Positions 34,077 to 42,606 of a DNA stretch of 64,000 nucleotides are shown here, piece by piece. Location of the stretch: positions 768,001 to 832,000 of the forward strand of contig NZ_CP157522.1 in assembly GCF_049075655.1 (NCBI RefSeq), written 5' to 3'. Each line of letters starts with the position of its first letter. Position 1 is the stretch's first letter. Under the pieces are notes generated by a model that was not told the DNA's origin, did no database searches, and was given only the letters and a program-made list of their open reading frames with translations. The stretch is from Methanothermococcus sp. Ax23. Lineage in GTDB: Archaea > AGJL01 > Methanococci > Methanococcales > Methanococcaceae. Position numbers and translations under genes: made by a program.

Positions 34077-35249
34077 TTATTTCTCCCCGCCGCCATGTTT
34101 GCTCTTTCTTGGTCTTATTTTAACAGTTTTTATACATTCTTTTTCATCATCAACAAATACACATTCTCCTTTATTTAAATCTTTAATATATATTTTCAAT
34201 TCCTTCCCCATATATTCTTGATTTAACTTATTTAGTGCATTTACATCTTCCCTATTGGTAACCTTATGTGCAAAAATTATATCGCATTGGCTCAAAACTT
34301 CGTTATCAACCGCTGATGGCTGTTGGGTAGCTATTATCAAATTTAGCCCAGGCTGTCGCCCTTCCTTTGCCCACCTTATCAGTATTTCCTTAGATAATGT
34401 TGATTTTCCAGATGGAATGAAATTATGTGCTTCATCAATGAACATCCAAACTTTTGACATTTTTGACTCTAAATTTAACATTTCCCTTTTTCTTGATTTC
34501 AATCTTTGATTGAATAGATATTTTGAGATTATTGAAACCACTAAATCTCTTAATCCATGTCTTCCGCTTTCTATTGTGCTTAAATCAACGACATTTACGG
34601 CATTTGTGCTAAACACACTTTCTATTTGGATTTCTTCATCTGCAAATATCCCCCATTTCTTTGCCATATTTAATCTATTGATTAACGCTTCCTTTGTAGT
34701 TTCTTTCGATTTTGTGTCCCTTTCTATTTCGTAAATGATGTCATCTATTGTGAAAAACTTTTTTGATATAGAATCCACAGCCCTATATAATGCAATTCCC
34801 ATCATTTCATTTATGTTTATGTTAAACAAATCACACCATCCTTCTGGTGATATGTCTGAAGGATTTAAAAGAAGCTGTTTAAACTCAATTCCTTTATTTT
34901 CCAATTCTTTTACCACTTCACTATCAAACCGTTTTTCCACTTCTCCGGGAACTATCAGTTTAACAGGATATTCCCTTGCATATAGATTCCAATCCCAGAG
35001 CTCTTCCTCTTGCTCAATATTTGGTTCAGCCATAGTCCAAAATATTCCCATTGGGTCAATAATAATTTTCAAAAAATCAGGGTATTTCTCTTGGAGCTCC
35101 TCAACTAACACCCCCATGGTATAACTTTTACCACTACCCCTTTTTCCACAGATAAATATGGCATGAGATTTTGATGCATCAATATATTGGTCATCTTCTA
35201 ACTTTTCTCTAACTTTTTCCCTTCCGATAAAAAGCATGCTATCCCTCAA
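34077..35249 (-). CDS. HerA/FtsK-family ATPase
   Basis: GKRGSGKS, IIDPMG, FIDEAH, EGRQPG arginine finger, ATQQPS. Confidence 0.88.
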   Translation of the reverse strand: MRDSMLFIGREKVREKLEDDQYIDASKSHAIFICGKRGSGKSYTMGVLVEELQEKYPDFLKIIIDPMGIFWTMAEPNIEQEEELWDWNLYAREYPVKLIVPGEVEKRFDSEVVKELENKGIEFKQLLLNPSDISPEGWCDLFNININEMMGIALYRAVDSISKKFFTIDDIIYEIERDTKSKETTKEALINRLNMAKKWGIFADEEIQIESVFSTNAVNVVDLSTIESGRHGLRDLVVSIISKYLFNQRLKSRKREMLNLESKMSKVWMFIDEAHNFIPSGKSTLSKEILIRWAKEGRQPGLNLIIATQQPSAVDNEVLSQCDIIFAHKVTNREDVNALNKLNQEYMGKELKIYIKDLNKGECVFVDDEKECIKTVKIRPRKSKHGGGEK

Positions 35250-36198
35250 TTATTATTAGTGGAACAAAACACTCTTCGAAGGATATTCCTCCATGAGCTC
35301 CCCTACCATAGTTCTTTTCAAAGTCCCATTTTATTCCATGGTCTGAAATTACATAAACTACAAACGATTCATTAATTTTGCCTAAAAATTCCACTAATTT
35401 TTTTATATTTTCAAAAATTTCATTTATTTTATGATTTATAAGTTCTTTACTTGTAGTTCTTATTTTATGGGCATCTTCATCTAACCCCATCCTATATATT
35501 TGTATATATTTTTTTCTACAAGGGTTATTTTCGATCATATTTTTTAAATCCATCTCATGAATAAAAATGTTATTTTCAGGCATGTATCTAAACAACTCAT
35601 CAGTTGTTTTGTTTTTAGCCCTGTTCCAATATGTTAGTCCATAGATATCATATCCCAAATAATATAGACTTTTGGCTATTGGAATATTATCATATCCAAA
35701 AATTATATTCTTAAAACCATTTATCGTATTTGTTTTACCATTTACAAAAACTGGTGTGATTTTTTTAAACATATTGCCTATATTTAAATTCACAACATCA
35801 ATATAAGATAACCCATCAATGAGATACAAAACCACAGTTTTTGGGGTTTTTGAATTCACATATTCCAAAATATCTGTTTTGACATCTTTCTGTGTTTTCG
35901 CGTATTTTTCGATTAAATGGTATTTTTCTTCAATGATAGTATTTAGTTCAAATGTAAATGGATTGTGATTTAACTCATACATTGGTAATCTATCATCACA
36001 CTGGTCGGTGATCACATAGTTTTTTTGTGGAATTTGGATATGTGGATTATCCATCATATTCCAAAAGTCATCGTATGAAATCTCGTCCAAATCAAAAAAT
36101 AATAAGGAAAGTTTGTGGTTTAATCCCAAATAAACTGGAAACCTTTTTATTTTTTCCTTACAATTATTTCGATATAGTTGTCTAATTTGTTCAGACAT
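35239..36198 (-). CDS. Minimal PglZ-like alkaline-phosphatase-superfamily protein
   Basis: LYLIDGLSY, LDEDAH, VISDHG, HGGISFEECFVP. Confidence 0.8.
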   Translation of the reverse strand: MSEQIRQLYRNNCKEKIKRFPVYLGLNHKLSLLFFDLDEISYDDFWNMMDNPHIQIPQKNYVITDQCDDRLPMYELNHNPFTFELNTIIEEKYHLIEKYAKTQKDVKTDILEYVNSKTPKTVVLYLIDGLSYIDVVNLNIGNMFKKITPVFVNGKTNTINGFKNIIFGYDNIPIAKSLYYLGYDIYGLTYWNRAKNKTTDELFRYMPENNIFIHEMDLKNMIENNPCRKKYIQIYRMGLDEDAHKIRTTSKELINHKINEIFENIKKLVEFLGKINESFVVYVISDHGIKWDFEKNYGRGAHGGISFEECFVPLIIIEG

Positions 36199-36268
36199 TT
36201 TATGACCCCCTCTGTATCCATGCCACTTTTCTTTATCAGCTCCCCGAGTGGCATTTCCTTTTCCTTGT

Positions 36269-39200
36269 TCAATATTTCAAGGATTCTTTTTCCTCTTCAG
36301 TAGGTTCAAACACTGAGCTTCTCCGTTTTACATCTTTATCAATTTCTTTAATTTCTCGCCCCAATTCTATTAAATTTTCTTTCATGCCCTTAATATCATC
36401 TAACCCCTCAATTATATCCAACTCAAATAATGTGGATTTTAATCCATCTAGTTTCTCTTCAATTTTATGTAATTTGTTATACAATTCATCCTTTTCGGAT
36501 TCATTTTCAATTTTCATATCAATTTTTGTCTTTATATCAACAATATAGTCTTCATAGGATGAAATAAAGTTTTTCATATCCTCTTTTATGGAATCGTTGA
36601 GGTTCTGGTAAGAAGTGTCTCTGTCCTCAATGCTGAATGCAATATTGTATCTTATGGGCTTACAATTTAAAAGTTCACTATCTCTTATGATGCTGTTCAA
36701 TATCGCTTCAACATCACCTTTTTTAGTGATAAATCCCTCCTTCAGCAATCTTTCCTTATTTTTTATACTGGTGGATATCTGGTTAATTTTTGATTTTATG
36801 AGCTCATCGTTGAATAAATATTTCTCTTTATATTGTGCAAAACCATGCTGTATTTCATATATGAGGTTTTCAAACTTTGAATTTTCTTCTTCAATATCCA
36901 AATGCTCCTTGTATTCGTCAATATTTCTAAATATGTCTTCCATATAACCGATTAGTTCTTTCCATGTTTGCCATTTATTATATTTATTAATAATATTGTC
37001 TTGATTCTTTTTTATATCATTCAGTTTAGTTTTAGCACCCTTTAATCTTTTAGCTAATTCCGCAAAATCTCCACCTGAATATTCTATACTTTCTTTGAGT
37101 TCTTTTGCTTCCCTTATGGAATTTTGACATTCTCTTTTTAGATTTGTTGGTATTCTGTTGATATGGTCAATTATTGATGCGAGAGAACTGCAGGTTATCG
37201 AAGCTTTACCCTCTTCATCTATCTTAGTCTTGATTCTATTCAATTCTGCAATTGTCTTATTTATCCGTTCCAACATGTTTGTTTTGTCATTGTTTAATCG
37301 TTCGGTTATTCTTCTGAACTCTACATTTATGCCTCGTTCCCAATCATTTATTCTGTCCATATATCCATGTAATTTATCTTCATTGTGTTCATTTTTAATT
37401 TCATTTTTTAAGTTAAAGTTTATTGACAAATTTGGAGTCTCCCCATATTCTCTACATATTTTAGCAACATATCCTGCCATATTTACAACTTCTTCAAACT
37501 TGTTCAACACATCCACATTTGATATTTGCCTTTGTTTTATCAAAATGTCATTGTCTTCGTCATATTTGATGTATCCCCTACTTTCGAGAAGTTTAATGAC
37601 ATCTTCAATTTCGTCTATTAAATAACCTTTTCCAAACGCATATTCTTCAATTTCATCCCATTTTACAGAACCGAATGTATCAAATTTATTTTTAAAGGTA
37701 TCCCATATATCCTTTTCAAGCGGATGCATAGTGAGATTGAATTCCACCCTGTCGTCCCTGCCCCAGTATATGATTTTTATTAGATTTTTCCATTTTCCAG
37801 ATTTGCATTCATCATAAAATCCTGAAACACTTGGATTTCTACTTCCAGTCAATTCACCCACAAGTTCTCTTTTTGTGGATTCGATAGGTTCCCCCCTTCT
37901 CTTTGAAATTGGTAGTTTTTTTAAATAACTTCGGTATCTGTCCAAATCCCTGTGGTAATTAACTGAGTGTATTAAAGTATGATAACAAGGGTATTTCATT
38001 ACACAAAGCTTTGTGAATATCTCTTCAACCATTTTTTCATAATTTTTCGACAAATTGTGTTTATTTTTCAATTCATCGCTGAACAAAAATCTCTTCAAAT
38101 ACCTGACAAGCAAACTTTTCAATGATTTAATTTCCCCTTCAAATTTTGTATAGATCTCACTATTTTCTTCTAAATTATCAAGATGTTTCAAAAGACATAG
38201 CATGAACATTGGATTTACATCCTGTGGTTTTACATAATTTTGAAGTATTTTTAAATCCCCCGGAAGTTCATGCTCAGCAACTTTTTTAAGCATGTCAAAC
38301 TTAAACACCACATGTCCAGCATTGTAATCGATTCTCAAATCATCCGTGTTGGAGATATCACCATGGTTACCAACATCAAGCACAAATTCATAGGAGATAT
38401 CACCAGCTTTACCGACCAGTCTTTCTACGAATGATTTGCTTTTTTCATTTAACTCTTTTCTAACAACATAGGTTTCCACAAACCTGTTTGGATATTTCGG
38501 ATTGAATGTCCCTTCCAAAAAAATGAAATGACCATTTGGTATTGGGGTATCATCCTTGTAAGTCCATCCAAATATCTGATTTCCCCGCCTTCTTGGAAAA
38601 ATCTCAGGCATTAGATATTTCAAAAATGCATCGGTCATGTCTCCCTCATACATTTCATTTTCAGCAAAATGAGTCCTAAACTTTATAATCTGCTGAGTTA
38701 TGAAATCATTGCTATCTCCATGTTCCAATCCTTCAAGTGAGTATCCCTCGATGGTGTATTTTATGATTGTTCCATATAATTTCTTTTGGAGCTCCTCAAA
38801 TGCATTCCATAATCCATATGCCTTAATTTTGTCTTCACTAATACCATTTGGAAATGCCCCTAAAAACTTAATAACATTTCGTTTTTCTTCGGAATTAATT
38901 TCATTCAAAGACAGAGCTCGGTTTAACTCTTCAACATATTTTGGTTGGACATACTCCACTTTATTATTCAATACATCATTAACAAAATCCAAAACATCAT
39001 AAGAGTTCATAGTGTCTTTGTAAATTGTGCATGCCCTTTTGAAAGCGTTTATCACAGTTCTTGGACCTCTCCCCAAATGCTCCTTTGAAGATACTTCACC
39101 AATAGACCTCAAGCAGTCTTTTGTTATTATATCATATGGTTCAAATCCAAATTTTTCCCCATATATTTTCCAAAGATTTTCAGCAAAAGTGTTGGTGTAT

Positions 39201-40000
39201 ATATTTATTAAATTCAAATAGAATTCATCCTTTTTCAGCCTATCAATCAAATCCCCTGCCCGTGTAGCCAATTCTTCTTCCTGATAATCCGGAATTATAA
39301 ATAATATCCCTATCCCTTCATTGTAAGTTCCCAATTCAAAAACAAAGTTTCTAAGTTCGTTAATTGTGTTTGTGCTAGTAATACCCTGAACTTCATCAAC
39401 GAATATCGCCAAACCCTCAAAATTTTCTTTTATAATTCCATTTATTTCCTTCAAAAACCGCATCAATATTTTCGGCGTGATACCAATTACTAAATTATCA
39501 CTTAATTCATTGATTATATCCTCAGCTTCATTTCTTGTTAATCGTTTCTTTTGCTGTAAATCCCTGATTACTTTTTCTCTACCTTCTGCTCTGTATTTTA
39601 GGTGGATTTCTTCAATAGTGTTTAAATACTCAGGATATTTGTGTTTAAAAACATATCTTGTCCAGCCATAAACTGCATCCATTATGCTATCAAGCTTCCC
39701 ATCGAATTTAAACGGAGGAACTGCTAATATATTATTTTCCTTACAGAAATTCCATAAACTTAGAGCCTTACTTGTTTTTCCATAGCCATACGGTGCAGAG
39801 ATATATCCTTTTACAGTTTTTCCCTTTTTTATTTCCCTCACAAATCTTTTATCAAAATCAGAACTCCCCACTTGAATATATGTAGAAAGATATTTCTCAT
39901 AGTTTGCATAAATTTCATCTGGTTTTTCCATAAAGTTTTCTGGCGAGTATGTATCTACAACAATACTTTTGTTGATAATATATTCCAAATTACCAATCAT
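36269..40000 (-). CDS. Large BrxC/PglY-like P-loop ATPase with coiled-coil C-terminus (probably extends to 36147)
   Basis: Walker A APYGYGKTS, Walker B IFVDEVQ, GPR sensor; about 1240 aa; directly upstream of pglZ-like gene. Confidence 0.7.
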   Translation of the reverse strand: MIGNLEYIINKSIVVDTYSPENFMEKPDEIYANYEKYLSTYIQVGSSDFDKRFVREIKKGKTVKGYISAPYGYGKTSKALSLWNFCKENNILAVPPFKFDGKLDSIMDAVYGWTRYVFKHKYPEYLNTIEEIHLKYRAEGREKVIRDLQQKKRLTRNEAEDIINELSDNLVIGITPKILMRFLKEINGIIKENFEGLAIFVDEVQGITSTNTINELRNFVFELGTYNEGIGILFIIPDYQEEELATRAGDLIDRLKKDEFYLNLINIYTNTFAENLWKIYGEKFGFEPYDIITKDCLRSIGEVSSKEHLGRGPRTVINAFKRACTIYKDTMNSYDVLDFVNDVLNNKVEYVQPKYVEELNRALSLNEINSEEKRNVIKFLGAFPNGISEDKIKAYGLWNAFEELQKKLYGTIIKYTIEGYSLEGLEHGDSNDFITQQIIKFRTHFAENEMYEGDMTDAFLKYLMPEIFPRRRGNQIFGWTYKDDTPIPNGHFIFLEGTFNPKYPNRFVETYVVRKELNEKSKSFVERLVGKAGDISYEFVLDVGNHGDISNTDDLRIDYNAGHVVFKFDMLKKVAEHELPGDLKILQNYVKPQDVNPMFMLCLLKHLDNLEENSEIYTKFEGEIKSLKSLLVRYLKRFLFSDELKNKHNLSKNYEKMVEEIFTKLCVMKYPCYHTLIHSVNYHRDLDRYRSYLKKLPISKRRGEPIESTKRELVGELTGSRNPSVSGFYDECKSGKWKNLIKIIYWGRDDRVEFNLTMHPLEKDIWDTFKNKFDTFGSVKWDEIEEYAFGKGYLIDEIEDVIKLLESRGYIKYDEDNDILIKQRQISNVDVLNKFEEVVNMAGYVAKICREYGETPNLSINFNLKNEIKNEHNEDKLHGYMDRINDWERGINVEFRRITERLNNDKTNMLERINKTIAELNRIKTKIDEEGKASITCSSLASIIDHINRIPTNLKRECQNSIREAKELKESIEYSGGDFAELAKRLKGAKTKLNDIKKNQDNIINKYNKWQTWKELIGYMEDIFRNIDEYKEHLDIEEENSKFENLIYEIQHGFAQYKEKYLFNDELIKSKINQISTSIKNKERLLKEGFITKKGDVEAILNSIIRDSELLNCKPIRYNIAFSIEDRDTSYQNLNDSIKEDMKNFISSYEDYIVDIKTKIDMKIENESEKDELYNKLHKIEEKLDGLKSTLFELDIIEGLDDIKGMKENLIELGREIKEIDKDVKRRSSVFEPTEEEKESLKY

Positions 40001-40499
40001 AAACAACCCCTCTGAAAATTTTCCACAAATTATTGTTCGAATAATTTTTATTGATGTTTATATTTAGACTTTTCAAATTATCAAGCACTTTGACAATATC
40101 ACTATTATCGAGTGTTAATTTTACAGAATATGGGACTGACTTTATTTTAGTGATATATATCACTTTTTCACTTTTTGTCGTGGTTAATCGTCTAATATCT
40201 TTTATGTTAGTTAGCCTCCCATTATCTATAACTGCATAAGGCACATTTTTCGAATATTCTTTATATTTTTTTTCATTTTCAAAATACTTAAAACCATCCA
40301 TTACAAAAATCCATCCTAAAAATGTTTTTCCAACACCTCCATCCCCATATAATCCTACAACATCATCATATAGTAAATATTCATTTACCCTATCGTATGC
40401 CTCTTTTTGACTGTCAGTCATCCAATCTTTATTGTAATTATTCTTTATATAATTGATTATTTCAAGGTAATTTACCATAATTTCCCAATTATTTTTCAT
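39990..40499 (-). CDS. Small P-loop protein (BrxB/BrxF-like position)
   Basis: MTDSQKEAY, GDGGVGKT, AVIDN; overlaps the start of the BrxC-like gene. Confidence 0.6.
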   Translation of the reverse strand: MKNNWEIMVNYLEIINYIKNNYNKDWMTDSQKEAYDRVNEYLLYDDVVGLYGDGGVGKTFLGWIFVMDGFKYFENEKKYKEYSKNVPYAVIDNGRLTNIKDIRRLTTTKSEKVIYITKIKSVPYSVKLTLDNSDIVKVLDNLKSLNININKNYSNNNLWKIFRGVVYDW

Positions 40500-40511
40500 T
40501 GTTGTTATAAT

Positions 40512-41384
40512 TCAGTAAACACTTACAACTACACTACCAGCACCTTTGCTTTTTTGCCCACCTAATATTTTTATATTTTGTATTGCAGGAATTAATACTT
40601 CTTCAATTAAAAATTTCGCTCTTTTATCTTTATCGCCTTCTCTCCATTTTTCGAGCCATTTGTCAATTACAACATTGTTAATTTTTCTTGCATCTCCAAA
40701 TTGAATACTCTGCATTTCAAGGATTGGAGTTGATATTATAATTTCAATGTTTCCTTTAAATATAGAACCAGGTCCAACATGCTCCCCTTCAACTTTTGCC
40801 CCCTTAGCAGCAGTTCCTGTTTTTCTATCAATTCTTATGTTTGTTTGGTCTATCACGCCACCTTCATTTTCCATACAGAAATTTCCAATTCTTAAAAATC
40901 CCATAATTCCCGTAGCTCCCATAAAATAACATACTGGACATATCCCTAAATTTCCAGCATATATTTTATCTTCTTCAACTTTAACTTCACAATGTCCAAT
41001 ATATTTTTTCCCATCCATTTTTCCCCTATATGCCCATAATAATTCTTGTTCTGCTTTTGTTGGATTTGGGGTGGGTATGCAAGGTTTCAATAATTTATTC
41101 TCAATATTAAATATTTTAGCAAATTCATCAATTTTTTCAATAAACAATAGTTCTAATTCATGTCTTAGAGCTCCTTTAAAACTACTTGCAGGTATTGCAG
41201 GTCTTCCATTTATTTTAAACACAGGTGTTTTCTTTTCATTTAGTGGTGAAGGAGATGCTCCTATATGTAAAAAACTATCTTCACAAACCGTTATTGTTAT
41301 TGGAATCTCCAATACTTTAACTCTCCCCAAAGTTTTTTCATTAAGATTGATTTTATTTTCTCCAATATTTATTTCCATACTCAT
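40512..41384 (-). CDS. cas7: Cas7-group RAMP (Csm3-like)
   Basis: LHIG, PAIPASSFKGALR, CPVCYFMG, IRIDRKTGTA, G-rich loop LGGQKSKGAG. Confidence 0.9.
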   Translation of the reverse strand: MSMEINIGENKINLNEKTLGRVKVLEIPITITVCEDSFLHIGASPSPLNEKKTPVFKINGRPAIPASSFKGALRHELELLFIEKIDEFAKIFNIENKLLKPCIPTPNPTKAEQELLWAYRGKMDGKKYIGHCEVKVEEDKIYAGNLGICPVCYFMGATGIMGFLRIGNFCMENEGGVIDQTNIRIDRKTGTAAKGAKVEGEHVGPGSIFKGNIEIIISTPILEMQSIQFGDARKINNVVIDKWLEKWREGDKDKRAKFLIEEVLIPAIQNIKILGGQKSKGAGSVVVSVY

Positions 41385-41968
41385 CTTATTACCTCCCAGT
41401 ATTTTTCTAATGAATTAAGTTTTCTAACAATGAAGGCTATTTTTTCTCTTGGAACACCTGCATCATATAATTCCATAGTATAATTAAGAACTTTTGTTAA
41501 TGCACGGTTTTTTGGGAATGGGGATTTTTCTATCTTATTCGTGAAGTATTCTATAACAATTGATTTTTCATATCTTTCAATAACCTTTCCGTAGTCATTC
41601 ATATTTGGTAATTTGCATTCCACAAGCCCATACCATTCAAGAGTTTCAAATAGTTGTTTTAAGAGATGTTGTTTGTTTTTGTATGAGTTTTTTAACCAGT
41701 TTGCTCGTTCTTCTGTTAATTCTTTAATTTTTGACTTCCTCCATCCTTTGGAATATTTATCTTTATGTTTTATTTGACTAATTCTATCATCAATCATATT
41801 TTCAAATTCATCTTTTTTTCCTTTTTCATATAATTCTTTAAGTTTTTTCCAGTCATCTCTCTCAAAGAGTTTTGGAATGGTATCTTTTTTATGACTATCG
41901 TAAGGACTATCGAATATATCTATATCATTTAAAACTTTTTTAAAAATCCCATCCATTTTACTCGTCAT
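41381..41968 (-). CDS. Alpha-helical putative small subunit (Cas11/Csx26-like)
   Basis: 195-aa helical charged protein translationally coupled between two RAMPs; assigned mainly by position. Confidence 0.55.
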   Translation of the reverse strand: MTSKMDGIFKKVLNDIDIFDSPYDSHKKDTIPKLFERDDWKKLKELYEKGKKDEFENMIDDRISQIKHKDKYSKGWRKSKIKELTEERANWLKNSYKNKQHLLKQLFETLEWYGLVECKLPNMNDYGKVIERYEKSIVIEYFTNKIEKSPFPKNRALTKVLNYTMELYDAGVPREKIAFIVRKLNSLEKYWEVIR

Positions 41969-42605
41969 AATAAGTCCCCTCCATATTTTTTATTAATACA
42001 TCTGGAGCCTTAACTAAACTTCTTGGGAATAATGCCCTTTTATAAATTCCACTTACTAAATCTTTAGATTTAAACAAATAACCATATATTGGGGAAATTA
42101 TTTTAATCCCAAAATCCTCTGCTTCATCTTCAAATAACTTGACATTTAGAAATCCCTGTTTTAGTTTGGATTCAATTTCTTCAACTTTTGTAATTTTTGT
42201 TCTTCCAAATCCCTTACTTTTCAAAGCTCCCATCTGGAATTCAAAACCTTCTAATATTTCCTTATGTAATCCCTCTTCTTCTGCTCTTTTGAGTGGAATA
42301 TATACTTCTGCTTTAATATTATTATCTCCATTTTCTGGCTTTATATATTCGGTGAATAGGGGTATTTTAGAAGTTTCAAAAACTCTATCTCTAACTGAGC
42401 AGGTGAATTCATCAAATTCATAACTATCCTTTTCAAAAAATCCAACCGCAGGAACTTCAACACCAAAATAGTGTTTTAATGCCCCTTCAATTGTGGATGA
42501 AGGTATCGTTTCTTGGCATGGCCTATAAACACCCCCTTTTATTCTTTCACCAATGATAACAGACTCAATTTCAAGATGCAATTTAAGGAGTTTTACATTA
42601 GTCAT
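41958..42605 (-). CDS. cas5: Cas5-group RAMP
   Basis: TIPSSTIEGAL and G-rich loop MGALKSKGFG. Confidence 0.8.
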   Translation of the reverse strand: MTNVKLLKLHLEIESVIIGERIKGGVYRPCQETIPSSTIEGALKHYFGVEVPAVGFFEKDSYEFDEFTCSVRDRVFETSKIPLFTEYIKPENGDNNIKAEVYIPLKRAEEEGLHKEILEGFEFQMGALKSKGFGRTKITKVEEIESKLKQGFLNVKLFEDEAEDFGIKIISPIYGYLFKSKDLVSGIYKRALFPRSLVKAPDVLIKNMEGTYYDE

Positions 42606-42606
42606 T

